NCBI GenBank assembly: GCA_964655345.1
Contig: CAZZMU010000001.1
Span: 1 to 35,979, forward strand
Direction of reading: 5' to 3'
Length of the DNA: 35,979 nucleotides
Source: an uncultured Clavibacter sp.
GTDB lineage: Bacteria > Actinomycetota > Actinomycetes > Nanopelagicales > Nanopelagicaceae
Each line of letters opens with the position of its first letter. Within the stretch, counting starts at the first letter, position 1. The position numbers and the translations under genes are program-made. Below, piece after piece: positions 1 through 9,776 of the stretch. The notes beneath the pieces were generated by a model. It saw only the letters and a program-made list of their open reading frames with translations. It was not told where the DNA came from and searched no databases.

Positions 1-628
1 CAACGAGCCTTTCACAAACGAGCGCTGCCTCTGGATCGTTTCGATGAAGATCAAGTAGCGCACTTTGAACTTCTGAATTAGCTTCATATGGTTTTGAGAA
101 ATCTCGATTCAGTATTGATTCTGGGATTTTAAATCCACGTGAGTGAACATACTTCAATGTGCTATCCCACAACGATGGAGCTTTCATTAACGACTCGACT
201 TTGGCACGATCGTCAGGCATGAGGTGAGAAGCGGCACGGTTATCTCTACGTCCAAGGATTGCTTCTACTTCCCGAAATTGTGCAGATTGGAAACCACTGG
301 AGGCGCCGAGTCGATCACGGAAAGAGTTGAATTGCAGTGGCGTCATGGTTTCTAAGATGTCGATCTGAGCAACGCAGATCTTCATGATGGTGCGAATGCG
401 GCCAAGGATGGCAAGTGAGTAATGGGTATCCCCGGCTTCTAGAGATTTCTGGGCCGCTTTATATTCATGAATCATCTCTTTGAACCAGAGTTCGTAGGTT
501 TGATGGATGACTATGAAGAGAAGTTCGTCGTGTTCGGGGCCTTCTGATAGTGGCTGTTGGAGTTTGAGCAGCTCATCCACCTTCAAATATGAGCTGTAAG
601 TCAGCGCTGCTTCGTGATTAGTGCTCAT
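1..628 (-). CDS. kynA: tryptophan 2,3-dioxygenase (N-terminal ~209 codons; 3' end beyond left edge)
   Basis: Absent from the ORF track because it runs off the window. Minus-strand translation from ATG 628..626 reads MSTNHEAALTYSSYLKVDELLKLQQPLSEGPEHDELLFIVIHQTYELWFKEMIHE..., the typical bacterial TDO N-terminus. Its ATG overlaps the kynU stop (ATGA). Confidence 0.8.
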   Translation of the reverse strand, partial: MSTNHEAALTYSSYLKVDELLKLQQPLSEGPEHDELLFIVIHQTYELWFKEMIHEYKAAQKSLEAGDTHYSLAILGRIRTIMKICVAQIDILETMTPLQFNSFRDRLGASSGFQSAQFREVEAILGRRDNRAASHLMPDDRAKVESLMKAPSLWDSTLKYVHSRGFKIPESILNRDFSKPYEANSEVQSALLDLHRNDPEAALVCERLV

Positions 629-1890
629 GTAACTCGTGAGCCTCCTGTTGTCACTTTCTCGTATTGGCGAGTGCTAACGAGATCTCGAAGACGTTGGAAT
701 CCGTCAAACACCTCGGTGTAGGAAGTCGCCAATGGAGAGATCGCTACGCGAATCGAATTAGGAACGCGGTAATCAGGAATCACGTTGGCATATTGGCGAA
801 GTGCTATTGCTATTTTTTCTGCTTCGGGATGAACCAGGGAGATGTGACCACCACGTTGTTTTGGGTCTCGTGGAGTATTAAGTGTGAAACCGAGCGGAGC
901 CAGCCACTCGTCAAAAAGTTCAATCATCATCTCTGTTCCACGCGCTGCTTTCTTTTCAATGTTCTCAATACCGGCTTCTTCAATCATGGAGAAAGCCGAT
1001 TTGATACAGCGAAGACCCATGAGTGAAGGACTTGCAATTTGAAAACCGCGAATCGAATCATCGCGTTCAAAAGTTGGTCCCATGGCAAATTGGTCGCGTT
1101 GTGCGAACCATCCTTGAATGGGAACCCGCAACTCCTTCTGCATTGATGTGGAGACATAAAGCCACGCCGGCGCACCAGGTCCAGAGTTTCCATATTTATA
1201 AGTACAGCCAACAGCAAGTTCAACACCGTTGGCATCGAAATTCATCGCGACGGAACCGACAGCGTGCGCTGCATCCCAGAGCATTAGCGCTCCGTGACTC
1301 TTTACTAGATCGTTTATCGCTTTAATATCTTGGCGCGCACCGGAACGGTACTGCACAACTTCAAGTGAGACGAGCGCGACATCGTCATTGAGATATTTCT
1401 CTAGAAGTTGTGGGGTGATTAATTCGTTAGAGGAAATTGAAGGGTCTTCATTGTTGATCGTAATGAGTTTCAGGCCATGGTGTTCTGCAAGACCCTGCAT
1501 GATGTAGCGATCAGTAGGAAAATTAGCAGCATCAATAATGATGGTTTTACGATTGGGGCGAGCTTTGATTGCTGCTGATGCGAGTTGATAAAAATTAACG
1601 GAAGTAGTGTCACAGGCGAGAACTTGTCCGGCAGCCGCACCAAGTGCGCTTCTACCAATCAGATCGCCAGCGGATTGAGCTTCATCGACCCAATGCCCCC
1701 AGCCAGTTACTACTTCGGGGCCCCATTCGTGAGTGAGGAAATCATTGATTGCTTTTACTGTGGCATGAGGTAAACGGCCAAGTGAGTTTCCATCGAGATA
1801 ACACATATCTGGGTCGGTAATAACAAAATCATTCTTGAAATGATGAAGGGGGTCCTGCGCATCAAGTTTTTGCGCGGCCGAGCGATCCAT
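625..1890 (-). CDS. kynU: kynureninase (PLP-dependent)
   Basis: 421-aa ORF. YLDGNSLG near the N-terminus and WDAAHAVGSV...AVGCTYKYGNSGPGAPAWLYV match kynureninase signatures. It is translationally coupled to the TDO gene. Confidence 0.85.
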   Translation of the reverse strand: MDRSAAQKLDAQDPLHHFKNDFVITDPDMCYLDGNSLGRLPHATVKAINDFLTHEWGPEVVTGWGHWVDEAQSAGDLIGRSALGAAAGQVLACDTTSVNFYQLASAAIKARPNRKTIIIDAANFPTDRYIMQGLAEHHGLKLITINNEDPSISSNELITPQLLEKYLNDDVALVSLEVVQYRSGARQDIKAINDLVKSHGALMLWDAAHAVGSVAMNFDANGVELAVGCTYKYGNSGPGAPAWLYVSTSMQKELRVPIQGWFAQRDQFAMGPTFERDDSIRGFQIASPSLMGLRCIKSAFSMIEEAGIENIEKKAARGTEMMIELFDEWLAPLGFTLNTPRDPKQRGGHISLVHPEAEKIAIALRQYANVIPDYRVPNSIRVAISPLATSYTEVFDGFQRLRDLVSTRQYEKVTTGGSRVT

Positions 1891-1943
1891 ACTCAGCAGT
1901 CTACGTCAGCGTTGAAGTGGTTGGGAAGAAAAGCGAAACGCTA

Positions 1944-2222
1944 TTAACTCAGGAATGCGATGAGTATCTGAGTTCCAAAAAAGAGCGCAATAAATGAGAG
2001 ATCCAGGGCTACCGGGCCCATTCGGAGTGGCGGTATGAAGCGTCGAACAAAGCCCAATGGTTTATCAGTAATCATGTAAATAATCTCAGCGATAGGAAGA
2101 ATGATGCCGCGTGGTCGCCATGAGGGACGAAACATTCGAACATAATCCAAAATCAGCCTTGCAAATAGCGCAATCAGAAATAAATTGAGGGCAAGAACCA
2201 CCCAATCACTGAGATTAATCAC
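1944..2222 (-). CDS. yggT: YggT family membrane protein
   Basis: 92 aa with two hydrophobic segments, in the conserved position directly after sepF in the actinobacterial dcw tail. Confidence 0.7.
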   Translation of the reverse strand: MINLSDWVVLALNLFLIALFARLILDYVRMFRPSWRPRGIILPIAEIIYMITDKPLGFVRRFIPPLRMGPVALDLSFIALFFGTQILIAFLS

Positions 2223-2234
2223 GATAGACGTTCT

Positions 2235-2687
2235 TTAGCTCTGATTGAAGAGACTGGCATTTGCAGCAGCAGTCTTTTCTTCAGAACTCACCATCACATT
2301 AGGCGGTGAGAGTAAGAAAACTTTTGAGGTAACGCGCTCGATTGTTCCAGCATGGCCGAAGACTAGACCAGATGCAAAATCGATGAGTCGTTTGCGTTCT
2401 GACTCTTCCATGTCGCTGAGATTCATGATGACTGGATTACCTTCGCGGTAATACTCGCCAATCGCACGAGCTTCGCTATAAAAACGAGGAGTGATCGTCA
2501 CGATGCGATCGATGGGCGCGGCTTCCTGAGTTGCGGTTGAGATTGGAAGTTGAGGAGCGACGCTTAACGTTGGGGTTGGACGTTTGACCGGAGCAACTTT
2601 CGGTTTTACAGCAACAGATTCTGGAGTTGATCCATCATCCTCGGTGAGACCTAGGTAGTTGGTCATTCTTCTAATGGCGCTAGACAT
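2235..2687 (-). CDS. sepF: cell division protein SepF
   Basis: 150 aa. N-terminal MSSAIRRMTNYLGL amphipathic start, a Pro/Ala-rich linker, and a C-terminal core (IVTITPRFYSEARAIGEYYREGNPVIMNL...RLIDFASGL) typical of SepF. It sits between yggS and yggT. Confidence 0.85.
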   Translation of the reverse strand: MSSAIRRMTNYLGLTEDDGSTPESVAVKPKVAPVKRPTPTLSVAPQLPISTATQEAAPIDRIVTITPRFYSEARAIGEYYREGNPVIMNLSDMEESERKRLIDFASGLVFGHAGTIERVTSKVFLLSPPNVMVSSEEKTAAANASLFNQS

Positions 2688-2709
2688 AGGTGAAATTTTA
2701 GGGTGAGGG

Positions 2710-3375
2710 TTAACGAGAGCCGAGGATTGAACTACCTATTCGAACATGTGTCGCGCCATATTTCATGGCAATTTCAAAATCTCCACTCATTCCCGCTGAA
2801 ATATAGGTCGCTGAGGGGATGATCTCTTGAAGTTCGTGACTTGCTCTTTGAAGACGAGCAAATGCAGGGGCTGGGTCCTGATGAAGTGGTCCGACACCCA
2901 TCACTCCCACAATTGTTAGCCCCGGTAATTGTGCCGATCGTTCTGCAAAGGATTTTAGTTCAGTTGGTGAAATACCGCTGCGATGAGTCTGACTTTCATC
3001 ATTTGAATCAAGATTCACCTGGATGAAACAGTTCTGTTTCTTTCCCATTTCGTGCGACATATTAGAGATCTTCTCGGCATGAGAGAGATCGTCTAGTGAA
3101 TGAATGAAATCACTCCATTGCACGATCGAGCGCAATTTATTGCTCTGTATTCCGCCTTGGAAATGCCAGATGGAATCGTCGGCAAGTAACTCAGATTTTT
3201 CCGCACCTTCGGAATCTCTGTTCTCTCCAAAATTCCGTTCCCCAAGTTCGTAGAGAATTTCAATATCACTTGCGGGGAAAGTCTTCGTGACAACAATCAA
3301 CGTGACATTACTAGGTATGCGCGAGCGCACTTCAGCTAGAGCTGTGGTGATCTCTTGCGTGCGTTGATAGCTCAT
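2710..3375 (-). CDS. yggS: YggS family pyridoxal-phosphate homeostasis protein
   Basis: 221 aa. LIVVTKTFP (PLP lysine context), HFQGGIQSNK and a C-terminal RIGSSILG motif. dcw position after pgeF. Confidence 0.85.
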   Translation of the reverse strand: MSYQRTQEITTALAEVRSRIPSNVTLIVVTKTFPASDIEILYELGERNFGENRDSEGAEKSELLADDSIWHFQGGIQSNKLRSIVQWSDFIHSLDDLSHAEKISNMSHEMGKKQNCFIQVNLDSNDESQTHRSGISPTELKSFAERSAQLPGLTIVGVMGVGPLHQDPAPAFARLQRASHELQEIIPSATYISAGMSGDFEIAMKYGATHVRIGSSILGSR

Positions 3376-4055
3376 AAAGTGATGACTCCTGCTTGGCGGC
3401 CAGTCACTCCATCACGCCGATACGAGAAATAACCTGGGTCATGAAGCGTGCAGAGTCCTGAGGACTTCCATGAAATGCCCGCCAACTCTAATTTTGAAAC
3501 CAGACCCGCTTCAATGTTGAGACAGCTTTGAGATGTATTGTCAGCAGTCGCCGGAATCTGAGTCGTAACATCGCGGAACATCTGGCTATCAACTTCATAG
3601 CATCGACCACAAATCGAAGGTCCTAATTCAGCCGTTATGTCATTAGTGGAAATACTGTGTTGAGCAAAAACTTCAAGAGTTTTTTCAAACACTCCTCGTA
3701 CCAAACCCTGGCGACCTACATGGACGGCCGCAACAGCGCGCTGCGAGCGAAGTAATAACGGGATGCAATCCGCAATAAGGGTGACTAGGAATCTTCCCTG
3801 AATGGTTGTAAAAAGCGCATCTGCTGTGGGTACATCCGAAGGTGAAGAGTCTTCTGTGACTATGGAGATGTCGTTTCCATGTACTTGATTCATGAAATGA
3901 AAAGCTGTCGGAGCTGCGCCACAATTCGACGCCAGAATCTCTCGATTCTTTGTGACGGAACCTGGATCGTCCCCAACATGCAGCGCAAAGTTCAAACTTT
4001 CAAACGGCGCAACGCTCACACCGCCATTGCGCGAGGTGAATAACGACCTCGACAT
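3372..4055 (-). CDS. pgeF: YfiH/PgeF (DUF152, laccase-domain) peptidoglycan editing factor family protein
   Basis: 227 aa. NQVHGNDI, ADCIPLLL and CGRCYEV motifs typical of the YfiH family. Immediately downstream of ftsZ, as in Actinobacteria. Confidence 0.8.
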   Translation of the reverse strand: MSRSLFTSRNGGVSVAPFESLNFALHVGDDPGSVTKNREILASNCGAAPTAFHFMNQVHGNDISIVTEDSSPSDVPTADALFTTIQGRFLVTLIADCIPLLLRSQRAVAAVHVGRQGLVRGVFEKTLEVFAQHSISTNDITAELGPSICGRCYEVDSQMFRDVTTQIPATADNTSQSCLNIEAGLVSKLELAGISWKSSGLCTLHDPGYFSYRRDGVTGRQAGVITL

Positions 4056-4064
4056 AGCGAGTGG

Positions 4065-5195
4065 TTATTTCATGAAGTCTGGAATATCAATCTCGTCTTC
4101 TTTGACGAGCTCTTCAAAAGTAATACGACGGCGAGCTGGGGCCGCAGGCGCATCCATGGCCACAGCGATTGGGTCATTCGCAGGAATCGGATTTGCTTGA
4201 CCATTAAGAGCTGCACTTGAAATCACGGGAACAGAAACCTTCTTTGGCGCTCCCCCATCGAAACCTGCGGCGATAACCGTCACACGAACTTCGTCACCGA
4301 GAGCATCGTCAATGACAGTTCCGAAGATGATGTTTGCATCTGGATGAGCACACTTAGCTACAAGTTCAGCAGCTTCACTAATTTCGAAGAGACCCAAATC
4401 AGAGCCGCCTGCGATGGAGAGTAGGACACCATGGGCGCCATCAATGGATGCCTCGAGAAGTGGTGATGAGATTGCTAGTTCTGCTGCGCGAGTTGCACGA
4501 GCTTCGCCACGAGCAGAACCAATTCCCATCAGAGCTGAACCGGCACCATCCATAACGCTCTTCACATCTGCGAAATCTAAATTGATAAGACCTGGAGTTG
4601 TGATGAGATCCGTAATGCCCTGAACTCCAGAGAGAAGTACTTGATCAGCAGTTTTAAATGCTTCAGGAGCAGAAATCGATCGATCAGAGATAGAGAGCAG
4701 ACGATCATTTGGAATAACGATAAGAGTGTCGACTTCTTTTCGAAGATTTTCAATTCCCTCTTCAGCTTGTGAAGCGCGACGCTTTCCTTCAAAACTAAAT
4801 GGACGAGTAACAACACCAACTGTCAAAGCGCCAAGTTCTTTGGCAATCTTTGCAACTACAGGCGCGCCGCCCGTTCCAGTTCCGCCGCCTTCTCCAGCAG
4901 TAACGAAAACCATGTCAGAACCGCGAAGTACTTCTTCGATTTCTTCAGTGTGATCAATAGCGGCTTGCTTTCCAATTTCCGGAGCAGCTCCTGCACCAAG
5001 ACCGCGAGTGAGCTTGCGACCGATATCAAGTTTCACATCGGCATCACTCATGAGAAGCGCTTGTGCGTCTGTGTTAATAGCAATGAACTCGACACCTTTT
5101 AAACCAGCATCAATCATTCGATTTACTGCGTTCACTCCACCGCCACCAATTCCTACAACTTTGATGACTGCTAAATAATTCTGTGGTGTCGCCAC
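4065..5195 (-). CDS. ftsZ: cell division GTPase FtsZ
   Basis: 376 aa. [17 protein letters not shown], the tubulin signature [13 protein letters not shown], and a C-terminal DIPDFMK peptide. GTG start with GAGAGG upstream. Confidence 0.97.
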   Translation of the reverse strand: MATPQNYLAVIKVVGIGGGGVNAVNRMIDAGLKGVEFIAINTDAQALLMSDADVKLDIGRKLTRGLGAGAAPEIGKQAAIDHTEEIEEVLRGSDMVFVTAGEGGGTGTGGAPVVAKIAKELGALTVGVVTRPFSFEGKRRASQAEEGIENLRKEVDTLIVIPNDRLLSISDRSISAPEAFKTADQVLLSGVQGITDLITTPGLINLDFADVKSVMDGAGSALMGIGSARGEARATRAAELAISSPLLEASIDGAHGVLLSIAGGSDLGLFEISEAAELVAKCAHPDANIIFGTVIDDALGDEVRVTVIAAGFDGGAPKKVSVPVISSAALNGQANPIPANDPIAVAMDAPAAPARRRITFEELVKEDEIDIPDFMK

Positions 5196-5332
5196 TTTTT
5201 CGCCTCTCTATGAACCCTAATTCTCAACTTTAGACTTAGAGTTTCGCTTTTCTGTGCGCGCAAAAGTAGGCGTGGGGCCTTGTTGTGGCAAACACCGACA
5301 CGAAAGTTTTTACTTAAGTTTTTTCTCGCAGA

Positions 5333-6118
5333 TTACTTTGCAATTGGTGAAACAGGATTGGAGAGATTGAAATAACTTGCTCGTTTATTCTCTTTGAGTT
5401 CCAATAATCGCTCTAAAACTTCTATTTTGAGGGAAAGTTCGTTGACACTTCCCCAATAAATATCCAATTTCCTACCATCTTTCGAGATAGCGCTACTCAG
5501 CTCGGTCGGACTCTTCACGGTGATTTGCAGCGCTCGATACCCCTTGTCAGAGAGAGCGTTGATCAGCGCTTTGATTTCATCTCGGATTTCTCGGTTCGTG
5601 TCTCGGGGATCGCCCTGATACTCACCTTGGAAACTAATTTCTGGAATCCTCCCCCAATTTGTCTCACCTGTTGCGATGGCATTTGTTACAGCGTTTCTGG
5701 GGAGGTAGAAAACCTCGAGATCAGCTCCCAAAAAACCAACACTGTCTACAGATGTGCTGGAGGCTGGAGTCAACCTTCCAATGGGATCTCGCGGGATTAC
5801 CTGAATGCTCACTTCGCCAGATAAAAGTTTGCGATTGAGCTTGATGTTTTCGACCCAGAGCATTTCACGTAATCGAGATGCGATCGAACGTCGATCAACT
5901 CGGGCCAGCGGGTCACCAATCTTCACCACAGCTGGATTCTCTAAGAGTTTCGCTTGTACCTCTTGTGCTACTTCTTTGTTCTTTGTCTCAATCACTATTG
6001 ATTCCACGACAAAAATCTTGCTCCATCCCAACAAGTATGCAGCGCCGGCGAGGATCACAATGCTAAGAAGAAGTGTGGGGCGCGGAAAGCGTAGCGATAA
6101 TCGAAATTTAGGTTTCAT
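5333..6118 (-). CDS. ftsQ: cell division protein FtsQ (DivIB-like)
   Basis: 261 aa. One N-terminal TM segment (LLLSIVILAGAAYLLGW) followed by a POTRA-like start (VVESIVIETKNKEV). Conserved slot between murC and ftsZ. Confidence 0.7.
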   Translation of the reverse strand: MKPKFRLSLRFPRPTLLLSIVILAGAAYLLGWSKIFVVESIVIETKNKEVAQEVQAKLLENPAVVKIGDPLARVDRRSIASRLREMLWVENIKLNRKLLSGEVSIQVIPRDPIGRLTPASSTSVDSVGFLGADLEVFYLPRNAVTNAIATGETNWGRIPEISFQGEYQGDPRDTNREIRDEIKALINALSDKGYRALQITVKSPTELSSAISKDGRKLDIYWGSVNELSLKIEVLERLLELKENKRASYFNLSNPVSPIAK

Positions 6119-6124
6119 TAAGGA

Positions 6125-7528
6125 TCAGGATTGGGCGCTACTAGTTTCAAGATTGCGAATGATCAACGGTCCAAGTGCGCTTACATCGCCAGCGCCCAAA
6201 GTGATGATGAGATCTCCGCTGGTTGCCATTCGTGAGACCGCGTCCACAACCACTGGCATTGATGGCTCATACGAAACTTGGGACTTATCCATCTTGCTCG
6301 CAATCAGACTTGAGGTAACTCCGGCAATTGGTTGTTCACTTGCTGCGTACACTTCCAATAAATAAGTGTGATCCGCAGCGGAAAGAGCTTTCGCAAAATC
6401 ACTAGAAAAGGCTTGAGTTCGGCTATATCGATGAGGTTGGAAAACGGCAAAAACTCGTCCGGTACCTGCGTAAATCCGAGCAGTGTCCAGCGTCGCGCGA
6501 ATTTCAGTGGGGTGGTGTCCATAGTCGTCAATCACAGTAATTCCATTAACGACGCCTTTGATTTCAAAACGACGGCGGGCTCCTGTGAACAACTTCAATC
6601 CAGCCATCACATCCAAGGGATTGGCACCTAAAGCGTGAGCAGCGGCTAAAGCTCCAGCCGCATTGAGGATGTTGTGGCGACCAGTGATTGATAGTTCCAT
6701 CTCGCCGAGTACTCGACCTTTCATTACTACTCTCGCACTCGCGTTTTTTGGTCCAACGACAATGCGATCAAGTTTTACATCGGCCAGAGAATCTTCGCCG
6801 TAAGTGAGTATGTTCAATTGAGAATTGTTTGATGTCCGAATTTCGTTTATGAGTGACTGAGTCCCGGGATCATCAGCGCACAGAACAATGAATCCCCCAA
6901 CTTGAATCGTCTTTACGAAATCACGAAAGATCTTGTTTATTTCATCTAGACTTTTAAAATTATCTACATGGTCTAGTTCAATATTTGTGATGATAGCTCC
7001 GAGCGGTTTATAGGCGGTGAAAGAGCCATCAGATTCATCGGCTTCAACAATAAAAGTATCTCCAGAACCATGGTGAGCATTAGTCCCAGAATTTCTGACC
7101 GTTGCTCCGATAGAAAAGGACGGATCAAAACCACAATGTTGCAGAGCGACGGTCAACATTGATGTTGTGGTGGTTTTTCCGTGAGTGCCTGCAATCGCAA
7201 CTGACCTCTTTCCAATCATTAATGCAGCCAGGGCTTCTGCGCGTTCTACGATCTCAATGTCACGGGATTTAGCTACAAGTAATTCGGGATTCTCACGAGG
7301 TATCGCACTTGATCGGATCACCAAATTTGCATCGCCCACATTGTCAGCATCATGTCCGACGTGCACAGTGATTCCCAGGCTTCGAAGCCCCTTCAAACTC
7401 GAGGAATCATGGATATCTGAGCCCGAGACGCTGGCGCCGCGAGCCGCCATGATTCTGGCAATTCCGCTCATACCTGAACCGCCGATACCGATGAAATGTG
7501 CGCGGGTTTGGCTCCAATCACGGGTCAT
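6125..7528 (-). CDS. murC: UDP-N-acetylmuramate--L-alanine ligase
   Basis: 467 aa. HFIGIGGSGMSGIA N-terminal Rossmann motif, the Mur ligase P-loop AGTHGKTTTTSM, and DDYGHHPTE. Confidence 0.92.
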   Translation of the reverse strand: MTRDWSQTRAHFIGIGGSGMSGIARIMAARGASVSGSDIHDSSSLKGLRSLGITVHVGHDADNVGDANLVIRSSAIPRENPELLVAKSRDIEIVERAEALAALMIGKRSVAIAGTHGKTTTTSMLTVALQHCGFDPSFSIGATVRNSGTNAHHGSGDTFIVEADESDGSFTAYKPLGAIITNIELDHVDNFKSLDEINKIFRDFVKTIQVGGFIVLCADDPGTQSLINEIRTSNNSQLNILTYGEDSLADVKLDRIVVGPKNASARVVMKGRVLGEMELSITGRHNILNAAGALAAAHALGANPLDVMAGLKLFTGARRRFEIKGVVNGITVIDDYGHHPTEIRATLDTARIYAGTGRVFAVFQPHRYSRTQAFSSDFAKALSAADHTYLLEVYAASEQPIAGVTSSLIASKMDKSQVSYEPSMPVVVDAVSRMATSGDLIITLGAGDVSALGPLIIRNLETSSAQS

Positions 7529-8589
7529 GCGACTAATCCCAACACAAGGTCAGCGATGCGAGTAGCCGCGTGAATATTTGTGAGATCAGGGCTCGAAGAA
7601 AATGACATTGCGCTCTTGATAGCGGAAGAAAGATTCTGATGAAGCCAAGGGGCTGAGAATTCCGCATTTGCAACCATGATTCCAGCGCCTTTATTAACAA
7701 GAGATTTCGCATTGTCGACTTGTTCTCCATTGCCGTGTGGCAAAGGGATCAAAATGGCGTACTTACCCAGAGCTGATAATTCCGAGCATGTAACCGCACC
7801 ACTTCTGGTCACCAAGAGATCGGCGCTGCCATAAATCGCCGCCATGTCATGGAAATATGGAACTGGCAAATAATTCTTCTGGCTCTGAGGTAATTGATTA
7901 TTGATTCCTACGGCATGGATTATTTGGATATCAGTTCCATTTTTTACAAATTCGGCTACAACTTGATTTATATGCGCTGAACCTTGAGAGCCCCCAAAAA
8001 TTGCAACAATCGGTAGTTCAGGGCTAAAGCCCCATGATTCAGCATGTAATTTTCTAAAACTTTCCCGATCGCCAAGCGAGACTAAGCTCTCAAGAGACTT
8101 ACGAATGGGCATTCCGGTCAGAATTGAACCGGGCCATTGTTGTTGCACATCTGAAAAATTGACCGCAATTATCCGGGCGAATTTTCGACCCAGTCTATTT
8201 GCCCACCCCGGTTTTGCATTTGCCTCATGAATGACGATGGGGATTCGTTGAAAGAAAGCCGCCACATACGCAGGAGCCGCTACATATCCCCCAAATCCAA
8301 TCACTACATCCGCTCCGCGAATCTCGCGAAAAGTCTTTCCAATTGCAGCGGTCAATCGCAAGGGAAATGTGAGGAGCGATAGCGAAATCTTCCGCGGCAA
8401 TACAACTTTAGGAATAGTTCGCAATCTATAGCCGCGCTTTGGGACCAGTAATTTTTCTAACCCGCCATCTGTTCCAAGAAACTCACAGATTGCAGTGGAA
8501 TCGAGTTCGACGAGAGCATCTGCGACTGCGAGGGCCGGCTCGATATGTCCTGCGGTGCCTCCACCCGCCACGATGAAGCGATGCGACAT
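7525..8589 (-). CDS. murG: undecaprenyldiphospho-muramoylpentapeptide beta-N-acetylglucosaminyltransferase
   Basis: 354 aa. AGGGTAGHIEPALAVA N-terminus and GGSQGS motif. ATGA overlap with murC. Confidence 0.92.
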   Translation of the reverse strand: MSHRFIVAGGGTAGHIEPALAVADALVELDSTAICEFLGTDGGLEKLLVPKRGYRLRTIPKVVLPRKISLSLLTFPLRLTAAIGKTFREIRGADVVIGFGGYVAAPAYVAAFFQRIPIVIHEANAKPGWANRLGRKFARIIAVNFSDVQQQWPGSILTGMPIRKSLESLVSLGDRESFRKLHAESWGFSPELPIVAIFGGSQGSAHINQVVAEFVKNGTDIQIIHAVGINNQLPQSQKNYLPVPYFHDMAAIYGSADLLVTRSGAVTCSELSALGKYAILIPLPHGNGEQVDNAKSLVNKGAGIMVANAEFSAPWLHQNLSSAIKSAMSFSSSPDLTNIHAATRIADLVLGLVA

Positions 8590-8594
8590 AAGGT

Positions 8595-9776
8595 CTATCC
8601 TCTCGCAGATCGGACCGATTTACGTTCGCGAATCTCAGCGGCGATTTCGGGGTCGCGCCGCAATACGCCAAGTACAAATCCAATGGCGACGAATGTCGCT
8701 AGTAGCGATGATCCGCCGTAGGAAATAAATGGAAGTGTCACGCCCACAACGGGGATAACGCTGATGACGGTTCCAATATTAAGAATGACTTGAACCGCAA
8801 ACCAGCAACCAATGCCAGCACAGGCATATCGTTCGAACGAATTATCCGCTCGTAGTGCAACTCGAAATATCCCAAGAATAAGTAGTGCGAAGAGCGCAAG
8901 AACGGCAAGTGTTCCAAGCAGGCCCAATTCCTCTCCAATGACAGAGAAAATAAAATCGGTATGCGCTTCAGGAAGATTTCCCCACTTCTGTTTGCTGCTC
9001 CCAAGGCCGGTTCCCAGTGGACCGCCAGAAGCAAGACCCATAATGCTATGTGCTTGTTGCCATCCGACGCCTTTGTAGTTTGCTTCTGCAAATGGATCGA
9101 AGAATGCAGAGAAGCGATTCATTCGATTACTTGAAGTCAAAACTAAACTCGCAAAGCCAAGTCCTACGACAACGCCGAGCGCCCCAATGATTCGCATTGA
9201 GATTCCCGAGATAAATAGAGTTCCACCAACAATTCCGGCAACGACGACTACTGTTCCTAGATCGCGACCCCACAGAATCAGAATCATCACCAGCGCAATA
9301 CCCGGAACAACAAGTTTGGCGGGATTGCTCTCTTCTCCTTGGCTCGCTCTTTGATCGTGAATACGAAGTCGCATCGCGCACCACAAAATTATCCCTACTT
9401 TGGCAAACTCACTGGGCTGAATTGTGAAACTACCAATACCAATCCAGTTGGTATTTCCACCAACAGTTTTTCCAACGCCAGGAATTTGTGGCAGAGTTAA
9501 AAGAATGCACGAAACCAACAACGCTGTCTGGGCGATTGGCTTCCATAGTTCGGCTCGAAGCTTCATCGCAACCCAGGTCATTGCTACGGATAGCGCAAGA
9601 AACATCGCTTGTCGGAGCACGTAGGCAAAGGAATTCCCCGATTCCGTAAGCGCTTTGACGGAAGAGGCGCTAAGAACCATGACCAGGCCAAGAGCTGATA
9701 ACGCAACAACCGAACCCAATATTAAGTAGTAAGCCGAAGCAGGTCGTGAAAATAGCGATTTTGAATTACTCACCAA
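8595..9776 (-). CDS. ftsW: FtsW (SEDS family) peptidoglycan glycosyltransferase / lipid II-associated division protein
   Basis: 393 aa polytopic membrane protein. IQPSEFAK, PEAHTDFIFSVIGEELG and LPFISYGGSS are SEDS family signatures. Confidence 0.9.
   Translation of the reverse strand: MVSNSKSLFSRPASAYYLILGSVVALSALGLVMVLSASSVKALTESGNSFAYVLRQAMFLALSVAMTWVAMKLRAELWKPIAQTALLVSCILLTLPQIPGVGKTVGGNTNWIGIGSFTIQPSEFAKVGIILWCAMRLRIHDQRASQGEESNPAKLVVPGIALVMILILWGRDLGTVVVVAGIVGGTLFISGISMRIIGALGVVVGLGFASLVLTSSNRMNRFSAFFDPFAEANYKGVGWQQAHSIMGLASGGPLGTGLGSSKQKWGNLPEAHTDFIFSVIGEELGLLGTLAVLALFALLILGIFRVALRADNSFERYACAGIGCWFAVQVILNIGTVISVIPVVGVTLPFISYGGSSLLATFVAIGFVLGVLRRDPEIAAEIRERKSVRSARG

Noticed and set aside
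1925-1946. AGCG-TTT-CGCT hairpin followed by TTTTCTT after yggT, as a possible terminator
   Set aside because: It has only a 4-bp stem with a 3-nt loop, which is too weak to call. Read-through into kynU seems as likely.
5279-5300. Exact TGTCGGTG (RecA-NDp/PafBC core) on the minus strand upstream of ftsZ
   Set aside because: The hexamer 8 nt downstream is AACAAG, not TAnnnT, so the bipartite motif is incomplete. It is probably a chance 8-mer.
5805-6365. 186-aa plus-strand ORF antisense to ftsQ/murC
   Set aside because: This is a shadow ORF spanning the junction of two strongly supported minus-strand genes. It is Ser/Arg/Thr-rich with no recognisable motifs.
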